51,265 nucleotides of DNA, taken from IMG/VR virus record IMGVR_UViG_3300019761_000008, positions 1-51,265 of that record. One strand, written 5' to 3'. Shown piece by piece: positions 9,781 to 19,231 of the stretch (positions are counted from its first letter, which is position 1; every line of letters begins with the position of its first letter). This DNA is from a virus (taxonomy: Duplodnaviria > Caudoviricetes). The notes under the pieces are model-generated. The model did no database searches. It was not told the DNA's origin and saw only the letters and a list, made by a program, of their open reading frames with translations. The position numbers and the translations under genes are program-made.

Positions 9781-10415
9781 TTAGTACCTCCTTTATACTT
9801 TAGTTCCACATAGCAGTTATCTTTTGGTGGTATCCAATTTTTACTGTATGGATGTGTGTAACCATTACACATTCTGTTTATTGCCGAAACATCTTTACCT
9901 AATGCTTCAGCAGCCTTCGTGCTAGACTCATACCTAACACCATCTATATACCACCATTTACTTCTTCTAGTATTTTCTAAGTTCTCACTTCTAGTTATTA
10001 GTCTACAGTTATCTTTACTGTAACCTTTGTCATTATCTATTCTATCTATATCTAACCCATCAGTAAGTTCTCCCATATCTGCATAAAAGTTTCTAAAATT
10101 TTTCCACTCTTCGCACACTGTAATGCCTCTACCACCGTAGTTGTTGTAGCTCTTATTGTTGGCGTTTGTTGTTCTGTCTATCATATTTTCCCACACATTA
10201 TATGTTCTAGTTCCACACATACCATGTTGCTTCTCTTTAGCTATACAGCCACACGATTTTATTGCCTTAGTAGTTATTTTACTACCTCTGGTTATATACT
10301 CTTCACCACAATCACACTTACATAACCACATAGCATTTTTACCTTGCTTATGTGAAAACCTAACTGCTTCTATTCTACCGCTTCTCTGACCTGTTATATC
10401 TTTAATTCTAGCCAT
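9777..10415 (-). CDS. HNH homing endonuclease
   Basis: DITGQRSGRI, WLCKCDCG, SCGC, YGGRGITVCEEW, IDRIDNDKGYSKDNCR. Start 10415 with GAGGAG RBS. Confidence 0.9.
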   Translation of the reverse strand: MARIKDITGQRSGRIEAVRFSHKQGKNAMWLCKCDCGEEYITRGSKITTKAIKSCGCIAKEKQHGMCGTRTYNVWENMIDRTTNANNKSYNNYGGRGITVCEEWKNFRNFYADMGELTDGLDIDRIDNDKGYSKDNCRLITRSENLENTRRSKWWYIDGVRYESSTKAAEALGKDVSAINRMCNGYTHPYSKNWIPPKDNCYVELKYKGGTK

Positions 10416-10442
10416 ATTGACTCCTCTTTCTTTATATAACAT

Positions 10443-10464
10443 AGTATACCCACCTATTCCTTTA
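10443..10464 (-). promoter_or_regulatory. Late promoter variant TAAAG-N11-TATACT
   Basis: Directly upstream of the HNH gene, with a second TTAAG 11 nt further upstream. Confidence 0.5.
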
Positions 10465-10475
10465 TATGTGCTTAA

Positions 10476-11057
10476 CTAAGCAGGTTTACCATCAGCTGTT
10501 ATAAACAATCGTCTATTAGCTTCTATTGACAAATCTCTGTATGTATAGTCTAGGAATAGGTTTGAAAGTCTGCCTTGTCCTCTACCTCTACCTCCAGTAT
10601 TATCAAATATTAAACTACCTGACACATCCGTAAAAGATAAAGCAACATTACTATATGTGCCCCAAGATGGTGCCATCGGCACATCATTAATATATACATA
10701 TCTATTGGCAGTATTAGCTAAATCTACAGATACAAGTATATGATTCCATGTGTTAATTGAAACTGGGCAGCCTGCAGTCATAGCAAGTCGCACAGTCGTG
10801 CCCCCATAACCATACATTTTAAATAACCCATTCTCTACATATAGCTGCACATAGTAACTAAATGAAGGGGAGTATAAAGGATACGAAATTTCAGCACCAT
10901 AAACCCAACAACTAAAAGTAAAAGTCTTACTATCTACATTACCAACTAAGTCAGTACTTCTACTCATATAATCTGATACACCATCAAATGATACACCTTC
11001 AGCTACAACTCCGCCATCTCTTAGCGAAAGACTCTTGTTACCTCTATCTTTAAGCAT
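10476..11057 (-). CDS. LamG/ConA-like virion protein, N-terminal part of a split gene
   Basis: VSFDGVSDYM, FTFSCWV, NTWNHILVSVD; its C-terminus matches an internal repeat of ORF 8257..9780. Confidence 0.6.
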   Translation of the reverse strand: MLKDRGNKSLSLRDGGVVAEGVSFDGVSDYMSRSTDLVGNVDSKTFTFSCWVYGAEISYPLYSPSFSYYVQLYVENGLFKMYGYGGTTVRLAMTAGCPVSINTWNHILVSVDLANTANRYVYINDVPMAPSWGTYSNVALSFTDVSGSLIFDNTGGRGRGQGRLSNLFLDYTYRDLSIEANRRLFITADGKPA

Positions 11058-11971
11058 TAAGCAATACTAGCTACATGGCTTCCATATAGTAGTCCTCCAA
11101 TGTTCTCAAAGAATATCTTATCCTTAGTACCTAGCGTTGGCTCTGCACCTTCCCACCATATCATAGTAGGATAGGTAGGTGTAAACCCTGCACCATCTAA
11201 TATGAATGTAACAAACTCACCACTTACTAAGTCATTAATAATAGTAAAGTCTGCTGTAGCTGTGTATGTTTGTACACTTGATGTAGCACCTAATGTTAGT
11301 GTTGACACTGATACTTGCTCTGTTAACAGTCCTGTAAATATTGGGTTAGCTTTATTAGCTTTTAATGCTAAATCACCTGTGCTAACATCTGCTGCTATAA
11401 TCGGGTTAGTTGGATCTGTAAGGTCAACAGTAGTGTTAGCCCCAGCTGTTATCGAAGCAACTGTACCCGTACCATTAGTACCATTAACTACATCGAATGT
11501 ACCTAGTACCTGTGTCTCTGCAACATCAGCATACAGTGTATATGTATCTGTAGTACCAGCTGCTCCTGTACCAGCAGTTCTTGCTGTATGATCAACTACC
11601 CCAGGAACTCCATCTGCTCCATTGTACACTGTAAATGTACTTGTTGTTGCATCACTGTAAGTAATCGTATATGTGTCAGTCGTACCTGCACTGCCATCAC
11701 CTGTAGTTCTTACTACTGTATCTACACTTGCTCCGGCTATACCTGTTGCTCCTGTAGGTCCTACTGCACCTGCTGGTCCTCTTAATTCACCAATGTCATC
11801 CCATGCCGAACCATTATACATCCACGCATGGTTGTTATCTTCTGTAATGTAAACCGTACCATTTGACATACCTGTAACTGCAGCTAGTGCAGCAGCATCT
11901 GCTACCTTACCACCAAAGTCATTCAGGTTAGTAACTTGTACTTGTACATTTTGATTTCCTATAAATCCCAT
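11057..11971 (-). CDS. Tail fibre-like protein with short collagen segment
   Basis: GPAGAVGPTGATG; duplicated AGTTDTYT...NG units. Confidence 0.6.
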   Translation of the reverse strand: MGFIGNQNVQVQVTNLNDFGGKVADAAALAAVTGMSNGTVYITEDNNHAWMYNGSAWDDIGELRGPAGAVGPTGATGIAGASVDTVVRTTGDGSAGTTDTYTITYSDATTSTFTVYNGADGVPGVVDHTARTAGTGAAGTTDTYTLYADVAETQVLGTFDVVNGTNGTGTVASITAGANTTVDLTDPTNPIIAADVSTGDLALKANKANPIFTGLLTEQVSVSTLTLGATSSVQTYTATADFTIINDLVSGEFVTFILDGAGFTPTYPTMIWWEGAEPTLGTKDKIFFENIGGLLYGSHVASIA

Positions 11972-11982
11972 CTATCTTCTCC

Positions 11983-12285
11983 TTAAACTGTTTGTTCTAG
12001 TACACTTACTATAGTGTCTACTTCATACTCAGCTGTTACTGCAAGTGTATCCCCTGCCACCATTACGACCTTCTGATCACCACCTACAGGTACAAATGCA
12101 GACCCTTCAGTAAGTGTTGCATTATGTATTAGTTTCGTATTGTTCAACTCTATTGTAATGTCTGTAACATTACCACTTACGTTAGCTACACTTATACCAA
12201 TTATAGTAATGACTGTGTCTACTGGGCACGTGATTACTGTAGTTCTTGTAGTTGTATTGTTCTCTAGGTATCTGTTAAATCCCAT
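11983..12285 (-). CDS. Small beta-rich virion protein
   Basis: Beta-strand pattern; located in the fibre cluster. Confidence 0.45.
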   Translation of the reverse strand: MGFNRYLENNTTTRTTVITCPVDTVITIIGISVANVSGNVTDITIELNNTKLIHNATLTEGSAFVPVGGDQKVVMVAGDTLAVTAEYEVDTIVSVLEQTV

Positions 12286-12294
12286 ATCTATTCC

Positions 12295-12525
12295 TTACCC
12301 TAAGGCTATTGCCATGCTGATTGAGTCCTGCCCTTCTAACGACACCACTCTTCCTTCAAGTACATCAACTTCTTCTTTTTTACTAAGAAGTATGTTTGTG
12401 CCACCTGCTGTCCCTACACCTACTCTACCTTCGTCTCCTCCAGCAGCGTAGGCATCGTAACCTAACGCACCTTCAGGAAGCGAGCCTTTAGTACCATCTG
12501 TGTCTACATATAATATCTTACTCAT
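12295..12525 (-). CDS. Small fibre-related protein
   Basis: LPEGALGYD...GDEGRVGVGT resembles the N-terminus of the neighbouring 286-aa ORF (LARGEFGID...GDDGRVYIGT). Confidence 0.45.
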   Translation of the reverse strand: MSKILYVDTDGTKGSLPEGALGYDAYAAGGDEGRVGVGTAGGTNILLSKKEEVDVLEGRVVSLEGQDSISMAIALG

Positions 12526-12544
12526 TATAATCCTTTAATTGCTT

Positions 12545-12566
12545 ATTATAGCAAATCTTAACTTAA
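12545..12566 (-). promoter_or_regulatory. Late promoter TTAAG-N11-TATAAT
   Basis: Exact motif, intergenic. Confidence 0.7.
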
Positions 12567-12574
12567 GTAATACT

Positions 12575-13435
12575 TTACCACTCTACTGTACTTGTGAGTA
12601 CGCTGATAGCATTTGTATTAGCTACTAACGTAGCTCGTTCTACCAGTGTATACACTCCATTAGTAACTCCATCAGTGTGATTGTCTGTACTGCGGTTATC
12701 AGTGTCTCTTACGTCCAATTGACTTGTAACTTCTGTATTAGCTAACTTAACCCTCTCCACATCAGTATACTTATTAGTATTAGTAATACCTTCATATAAT
12801 GCTTCTACATCAGCTGCTGTCAGTGTGTTACTTACCATAGCGTACACCGTACCAGTCCATCTATACGTACTAGTATCATCTCCACTTGTCTCATCAGCTA
12901 CCACTACGTATATCTTACCAGCCTCTCCACTTACAGGCAAACCTGCATACGTAGCTACTTCCACTACATCATCTACGTAACTAGGTAACTGTGCTGCATC
13001 TATCAACCCTAACGCATTCAGTCCTACGTACCCATCAGGTGTATTCTTATTAGCTTTAAGTTCTACATCCAGTACATCAAGTTTAGCACTTAGTAGTGTT
13101 AAGTCTAGTACCTTTAATTGCTCACCACCAACTAGCGGTGTAGTTAACTCTACTGTAGTACCGTCTACTACTGTGTATCCAGCTACGTTGCCATCCACTA
13201 GTACCAGTACCTTACTTGAGTCTACTACATTTACATTAGTTTGTCCTGCTGTGCCTACAGTTACTATGAATGCCCCTACGTCATCTACTAACGCAAGTAC
13301 TTTATTCTCTGTACCTGTACCTATGTATACTCTACCGTCATCACCTGTACCTGACAGGTCGATACCGAACTCACCTCTAGCTAGAAGTTCTCCTAGCCCT
13401 AGTCCTTGCGTATCTACTCTTCTAATTCTTGCCAT
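12575..13435 (-). CDS. Tail fibre-like protein
   Basis: QLPSYVDDVVE...GEAGKIYV...YRWTGTVY motif common in phage fibres. Confidence 0.65.
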   Translation of the reverse strand: MARIRRVDTQGLGLGELLARGEFGIDLSGTGDDGRVYIGTGTENKVLALVDDVGAFIVTVGTAGQTNVNVVDSSKVLVLVDGNVAGYTVVDGTTVELTTPLVGGEQLKVLDLTLLSAKLDVLDVELKANKNTPDGYVGLNALGLIDAAQLPSYVDDVVEVATYAGLPVSGEAGKIYVVVADETSGDDTSTYRWTGTVYAMVSNTLTAADVEALYEGITNTNKYTDVERVKLANTEVTSQLDVRDTDNRSTDNHTDGVTNGVYTLVERATLVANTNAISVLTSTVEW

Positions 13436-13445
13436 TTATATTTCC

Positions 13446-14525
13446 TTATGCCACTGTAAAATCAGGGCTCTTACTGATAGTACCCTCAACGTTTGCTTGA
13501 TAATGTAAGTCTGCCTGTATACCATATATAGCTCCTGCTACGTTCTCACTTAGTAGTGTAACTTGTGCAAGTACTACAGTATCAGGCTCTAGTAAGTCAA
13601 ACGCTTGCGCATCATTACACTCTAGTACGATATGCTCTCCAGGTACTTCTGACCCTGTGAACGTATACGTCATATCAATATCAGTAGTAGCAGCCGTTAA
13701 GCTATCCCCTTGACTGTGTCCTCTAGCTACTACGTAACTGAACCTCCACGTTACCTGGGCTCCTGCACTTTGAGCATCTGCACACATGAAGTGAATATGT
13801 GGGTATGCATCTGTACCTAGCGCATAGTCATGATTTACGTGGTAAGCTACTGGCAGTTCTTTATTCTCGGACCATGTTGACATTACAATACCATTTCCTA
13901 TATCACTCCAAGCTGGCTCATTAATTGCTCCACCTCTAGCTGGGATGAACTCTGCAATCAAATCCTTCCATATCAACCCATGCATCGGTATACCGTTTAC
14001 CTGCAGTTTGTGGTCTGCTGTGGCATTTGGTAGTCCGTCAGTACCAACTAGTAGCCTATCCTGTACTTGTAGGTTATCTATTGTACTTACTTCTTTAACT
14101 GAGATGTTGTCAAAGTCTGTATATGTACCGTCTATATTGTTTCCATTCCATAGCTGAATATATGTAGTTGTGTCTGCTGCAGTAAATAAATACTCTATAT
14201 TCCCAAATGAACTAGATGGTCCTGTGTCTATTACTTTTCCTGAACTATTGGCAATGGAAGTCCCTAATCTAATAATATATTGCGATGCAGTTCCCTGAGC
14301 GATAGTAGCTGAAAATTTGTATGTTTGACCTACTATAGTTGATATAGGTTTGTTTGTATACGCATATAAGTTACCAACGGCTGTAACCCTACCTAGACCA
14401 CTAACCCAAGTTATTGTCCCATTACTTGCACTCCAACCACTCACATCAGTATCAAAAGTACCATTAGCTACTAACTCTGGTCTACTGCTTAATAAACCAT
14501 TCTTTTCTTGTATATGTTTACCCAT
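13446..14525 (-). CDS. Virion protein with carbohydrate-binding-module-like domain
   Basis: ELVANGTFDTDVSGW...FDNISVKEV CBM-like jelly roll. Confidence 0.55.
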   Translation of the reverse strand: MGKHIQEKNGLLSSRPELVANGTFDTDVSGWSASNGTITWVSGLGRVTAVGNLYAYTNKPISTIVGQTYKFSATIAQGTASQYIIRLGTSIANSSGKVIDTGPSSSFGNIEYLFTAADTTTYIQLWNGNNIDGTYTDFDNISVKEVSTIDNLQVQDRLLVGTDGLPNATADHKLQVNGIPMHGLIWKDLIAEFIPARGGAINEPAWSDIGNGIVMSTWSENKELPVAYHVNHDYALGTDAYPHIHFMCADAQSAGAQVTWRFSYVVARGHSQGDSLTAATTDIDMTYTFTGSEVPGEHIVLECNDAQAFDLLEPDTVVLAQVTLLSENVAGAIYGIQADLHYQANVEGTISKSPDFTVA

Positions 14526-17500
14526 TATATTATCTCCTCTGTATTTAGTGAGCCATCATCTAAGACAGTTATTTTGAATTTAGTTCCATTTGGTGACTTC
14601 ATTATTACACCTGCACCAACTCCTGTAAGCTCAATATCTCCACTAGATTTTAGCATCATTTTAGTATAAGCTTCCGTCAAAAGAATATTAGAACCTACAA
14701 AAAATCTTAAATCTTGCTCTCCGTTTATATACCCTATTCCGCCACGATAAGCTGTTGTACCTGCACCAGTCTGAAAACCTACTAAAGCATCTGTTGTATC
14801 ACTTGCTTCACCTATTTTAACAATATTGTCTCCACCAGCTACTCTTAATTTAGTCAAGTCTGTTGATGTACCGATACCAAAGTTACCATTAGACTTTATT
14901 GTTAAAGCATCAATCGTAGCACCGCTACTATTAACTACATCCAATTTCCAGCCTATTGGACAAGATGTCGCATCTGGTGTTCCATCTACAAAGGCTTGTA
15001 AGTTTGATTTTTTTGTACTTGCACCACCATTATACGCACCTTTTACTGTTAGTCTATAAACAGTATCTTGGTCATTTAAGCTTGCAGGTGTTGCTTCTGT
15101 ACCACCATAAGCTGACATAATTGTCCTATTATGTAAGGCGTTTACATTGTAGCTAGTTTGTCCGTTATCCACATACCCATTTTTTGCAGTTTGTCTAAAT
15201 GCTGTGCTAGCGTCACCATCTTGGTACACAAAGCCATTATCATCAACAATAACACTACTGTCTTGAATATCTCCAGTGGCACCATCAAATCTAACAATAG
15301 CATTATCCGTAGAAGCTACTTTTGCAACCTTAGTAGCAATATTATTAGCTGTAGTAGTAGCAAAATTTGGATCATCTCCTAAAGCTTGTGCTAGCTCATT
15401 CAGTGTATCTAATGTTTCTGGTGCAGAATCTATAACATCTGCAATAGCTTGGTCTGTTTCTGCTTTAGTATATGTAGTTGCTTGTAACGCCTTAGCAGCT
15501 AAGTCATCGACTAGCCCTGTAATAGCGCTTTGTGGATGTGAGTCTGCCTTGTCTCTAGCTCTTAACTGGTCATGTCTTGTAGCTGCAGGAGTATTTGTGT
15601 ACGAAGCATTACCATCTCCTAGCTCTATTGTTACTGTCCTATCATTATTAGAATCAGTGAATGCAAATAACCTGATACCATACGTAGCTGTAGGGTCTAC
15701 TGTTATAGCTGACGTAGTCTCGCTAAACTCAACATACCCTGGAACATTTGTAAGCTCTGGGCTAGTAGAAGTAAATAGCGTAGTCTCTACACCTCCTGTA
15801 GATCGTACGAACCCTTCGTACCTAATCCTAGTATCTCCATTAGTTGAATCAACTGAGCAGTATAGGTTAGCTACCCACTTACCTGCATCTATCACTGATG
15901 TGTCTATAGGTAGCCCAAACAGGAACACAGTACCTGCAGTCTCTCCCGCATTACATACTATAGTTTCTATATTACTCGCAGCATCCGGTGTGTAGTCCAG
16001 TGTCTTGTAGGCAGGATTGAGTGTGCTTGTAGCGCTACCGAAGTATAACGCAGCAGCGTACCCACCACTACCAGCAGCAATTGTCAAGTCACCACTACCA
16101 AGCAGCGTATCTCCATTTATGCTCTTGATATTAACTTGGTTTACTAGCTGATCTTGCTTTGTACCTATTTGTGCAGCCGTAGTTGCAGCGAAGTTCGGAT
16201 CGTCACCTAGTGCATTAGCTAACTCATTTAGTGTATCTAGTGTCCCTGGTGCGCTAGCTACTAGGTTAGCTATCTTAGCATCCACTTCAGCACTTGTATC
16301 TGCGTCAGTTATCCCATACCCTGCTAATGTAGTAGCATTGTCAGCTTTACCGTCTAATGCTGTTTGTGTCGCATTACTTACTACTTTATTTATATCACTT
16401 GTATTATCTACTTGATCTAACCCTACATCTGCTTTTACTAACGTAACTACTCCAGTTTTACCTGCTACTGAGTCTACAGTGTTTACTTGTGCACCTGCTT
16501 CCACCCCACTTAGGTCAACTCCTACCGCACCTGTTACGTCAACATTATTTAGTGTTACTGTACCTTCTCTACCATTGAATGTATTCACTGCTCCTGTTGC
16601 TGCAAATACAGCAGTATTCCACATAGCGCCATCATATATCTTCAGCTCTTTTGGAACGCTTAACGTGTTGTAGTACATCATTCCTGGAACTAGTGGACCT
16701 CCATCGTTATCTACTATCGGGTCTACTGTTTTGCTACCTAGGTACACGCTCGTAAGGCTATCTGACGCAGTCACTGCAGCATTTGCGGCATTTACTGCTA
16801 TTATGGCATTAGCACTTGCACTAGTAGCTGATGTTTCGGCTGTCTCAGCGTAGTCTGTGAAGTTAGCTAGTGTGTCTCCGAACTCCTGAGCTGTTCCTGT
16901 GTACCCTCGTTTAACTACATAAGAATACGCATCATCACCATTTCTAACTTCGAACCCGCCTAAGTTTACAGTCTCATCCGCATCTCCGTACATCACATAC
17001 GTATCAGTCTCTCCTGGTGTTTGGAAGTCACCTTCTGGATCAGTAGTACCTACAGCAGTAACATGGTGTACGCTTTGTCCTTGGTCCCCCTTTTCACCTT
17101 TCTGTCCTTCTATACCTTGAATCCCTTGAATCCCTTGAATCCCTCTAGGCCCATCTTCTCCTTGGTTTCCTTGGTCACCTTTAACTACTCCAGTGTTATG
17201 ACTAGTCCCATCACTGAATACTATAGTAATGGTATTATCATTATTATTAGTAACGCTTGTAACTGTTAGGTTATCACCATCAACCCCGTCATTACCTTGT
17301 GGTCCAGTAGCCCCTTGTAATCCTATGTCACCTTGTTCACCTTTAGCCCCTCTTATAGGGTCACTAGTAAACACCGTACCATCACTGAACGTCAATGTAA
17401 TACTATAATCTGGGTTACTTTGTATGTCTGTAACTGTTACACTATCACCTTTATCACCTGTGTTACCTTGTACACCAGCTATTCCTTGTGGTCCTTCTGG

Positions 17501-17599
17501 TCCAGTTGCCCCTACGTCACCTTGTGGTCCTTGACTTATATTCTCATCTATTATTATTTGCTTTACAAACTCTGTAAAGTCTCCTACTATTTGTGCCAT
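14525..17599 (-). CDS. Long tail fibre with collagen repeats
   Basis: Gly-X-Y runs; two copies of APxTLDTLNELAxALGDDPNFA; NFGIGT knob motif. Confidence 0.85.
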   Translation of the reverse strand: MAQIVGDFTEFVKQIIIDENISQGPQGDVGATGPEGPQGIAGVQGNTGDKGDSVTVTDIQSNPDYSITLTFSDGTVFTSDPIRGAKGEQGDIGLQGATGPQGNDGVDGDNLTVTSVTNNNDNTITIVFSDGTSHNTGVVKGDQGNQGEDGPRGIQGIQGIQGIEGQKGEKGDQGQSVHHVTAVGTTDPEGDFQTPGETDTYVMYGDADETVNLGGFEVRNGDDAYSYVVKRGYTGTAQEFGDTLANFTDYAETAETSATSASANAIIAVNAANAAVTASDSLTSVYLGSKTVDPIVDNDGGPLVPGMMYYNTLSVPKELKIYDGAMWNTAVFAATGAVNTFNGREGTVTLNNVDVTGAVGVDLSGVEAGAQVNTVDSVAGKTGVVTLVKADVGLDQVDNTSDINKVVSNATQTALDGKADNATTLAGYGITDADTSAEVDAKIANLVASAPGTLDTLNELANALGDDPNFAATTAAQIGTKQDQLVNQVNIKSINGDTLLGSGDLTIAAGSGGYAAALYFGSATSTLNPAYKTLDYTPDAASNIETIVCNAGETAGTVFLFGLPIDTSVIDAGKWVANLYCSVDSTNGDTRIRYEGFVRSTGGVETTLFTSTSPELTNVPGYVEFSETTSAITVDPTATYGIRLFAFTDSNNDRTVTIELGDGNASYTNTPAATRHDQLRARDKADSHPQSAITGLVDDLAAKALQATTYTKAETDQAIADVIDSAPETLDTLNELAQALGDDPNFATTTANNIATKVAKVASTDNAIVRFDGATGDIQDSSVIVDDNGFVYQDGDASTAFRQTAKNGYVDNGQTSYNVNALHNRTIMSAYGGTEATPASLNDQDTVYRLTVKGAYNGGASTKKSNLQAFVDGTPDATSCPIGWKLDVVNSSGATIDALTIKSNGNFGIGTSTDLTKLRVAGGDNIVKIGEASDTTDALVGFQTGAGTTAYRGGIGYINGEQDLRFFVGSNILLTEAYTKMMLKSSGDIELTGVGAGVIMKSPNGTKFKITVLDDGSLNTEEII

Positions 17600-18033
17600 T
17601 AACTACTCCATTCTATTGTATCTACAGCCTCTGTATAGCCAACTATACTAGCTTCCAACTCTCCGCCAACCAGTGCGAATTCGTACACAGGTGTCAGTCC
17701 TATATCACCTTGAAGGCCTCTTTCACCTTGATCACCTTTTTGACCATTACGTACATCGATGTGCCCTAAGTTTAGCAACTCATCAGCATCACCATATATA
17801 GTATATGTATCTACCTCACCTACAGTACTGAAGTCACCTTCCGGATCAGTGGTGTTAGTGGGTGTTACATGATGTACGCTTACACCTTGCTTACCTCTAG
17901 CTCCTTGTTCACCGTCAATACCTGCCGGTCCTGCTACAGTACTCTTAAACGTATTAACGTTATTAAGTAAGAACTCCTCTGCTGCTTCTTCTATCTTATC
18001 GTGTATATTGAATATGATAGTACTCATTACCAC
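17599..18033 (-). CDS. Short collagen-like fibre protein
   Basis: Contains a paralogue of the SVHHVT...TTDPEGDF...YGDADE...VRNG segment of the long fibre. Confidence 0.6.
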   Translation of the reverse strand: MVMSTIIFNIHDKIEEAAEEFLLNNVNTFKSTVAGPAGIDGEQGARGKQGVSVHHVTPTNTTDPEGDFSTVGEVDTYTIYGDADELLNLGHIDVRNGQKGDQGERGLQGDIGLTPVYEFALVGGELEASIVGYTEAVDTIEWSS

Positions 18034-18548
18034 TCCTTCTCAGTAACATCTGCTATAGTTACGTTTACACTACTTCCATTTATGTCTGCATAAGAAGCTA
18101 CATCATAAACTAAGTTACCTGCACCATCAACATCAAACTCTACAACAGGAGTAAGCCCGTTATATCCTGATACACCTCTAATACCTTGTGTACCTCGTAA
18201 CCCTTGTAATCCTTGCAGTCCTCTTGGTCCTTGTATACCTTGTACACCTTGTGGGCCTACAGCACCTTCTAATCCATCCTGTCCGTCTTGACCATCAATC
18301 CCTGCGTCACCTTTTGGTACTGTCAACGTAGTACCATCCCACGTCACATTACTACCAGGTGTCCCGGTAGCTACTACCATGTTAATGATGTTTAGCATAT
18401 TAGCCAATGTACCATCTGTAATAGCTGTATTAATATCCTCAATAGCTCCTATCTGCTCTGCTACGGATCTTACTACATCATACTTACTATCTATCTCCCT
18501 ATCAACAGCTAAGTCAACCGGGGACGTAAAACTAGTCTGTCTTCTCAT
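18027..18548 (-). CDS. Collagen-like fibre/anchor protein
   Basis: Gly-X-Y run; [12 protein letters not shown]-terminal anchor resembling N4-like fibre N-termini. Confidence 0.6.
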   Translation of the reverse strand: MRRQTSFTSPVDLAVDREIDSKYDVVRSVAEQIGAIEDINTAITDGTLANMLNIINMVVATGTPGSNVTWDGTTLTVPKGDAGIDGQDGQDGLEGAVGPQGVQGIQGPRGLQGLQGLRGTQGIRGVSGYNGLTPVVEFDVDGAGNLVYDVASYADINGSSVNVTIADVTEKEW

Positions 18549-19178
18549 CTAAACCCATCCTTTCTCTTGCACATTCCTACTAAGTGGACCATCTGCAGTC
18601 ATCACTCCCAGTGTCTTAGCTCTCTGCACACTTGCTTCGAACCTTTGGTAGTGTGTATTGTTCTCTGCTTGTATATTACCATCAATCGAACCGTGTCCTC
18701 TGTACCCTATGTAGTGCAGCAATGCCTCAACTAACTGTACTGGTAGCTCTATGTCTTCGGCTAACGTTGCCGGTGTATTTACTATCAACTCTGGCTCTTT
18801 TACATATATCACACTAATGTATGCACCACTAGTAGCTACTGGTACCTGAATCTTATTCCAGCTAATCGTCATAATACTCAACGGATCATCTTCTTTATTA
18901 ATACTAATCTCTGTACCGTCTTCCTCATACGCTGCACTTATGTACATCAAGTCATTAGGCAGCTTATATACTGTATCACTTATTCTCTCATAGCTATCAT
19001 TGTTATCAGTTACTCTACCTAACTCTATAATGACTTCTTCTGTATCAAGAGGAAACCTCTTATACAGCTCTATCATACCTAAGTTAATGAACGATATGAT
19101 AGAATCAGTATCATCCTTAACTGCTAGCTTCTTTAACTCGCCTTTAACAGCTAAGTCTATTACTTTTTCTACTGTCAT
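18549..19178 (-). CDS. Head-tail adaptor (N4 gp67-like)
   Basis: INLGMIELYKRF, IELP...EALLHYIGYR, C-terminal KGWV; directly downstream of TerL. Confidence 0.75.
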   Translation of the reverse strand: MTVEKVIDLAVKGELKKLAVKDDTDSIISFINLGMIELYKRFPLDTEEVIIELGRVTDNNDSYERISDTVYKLPNDLMYISAAYEEDGTEISINKEDDPLSIMTISWNKIQVPVATSGAYISVIYVKEPELIVNTPATLAEDIELPVQLVEALLHYIGYRGHGSIDGNIQAENNTHYQRFEASVQRAKTLGVMTADGPLSRNVQEKGWV

Positions 19179-19198
19179 TTCTATCCTTTAAATCACCC

Positions 19199-19220
19199 AT
19201 TATAGCAATTTTATCCTTAA
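19199..19220 (-). promoter_or_regulatory. Late promoter TTAAG-N11-TATAAT
   Basis: Exact motif upstream of the gp67/fibre operon. Confidence 0.7.
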
Positions 19221-19231
19221 TTCACTATTAA

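Noticed and set aside
9777-10475. Group I intron around the HNH gene
   Set aside because: Only about 60 nt upstream and none downstream are free, I see no intron core, and the downstream half has its own RBS and ATG.
17113-17145. 9-bp tandem repeat (CCTTGAATC)
   Set aside because: It simply encodes the collagen GIQ repeats of the tail fibre.
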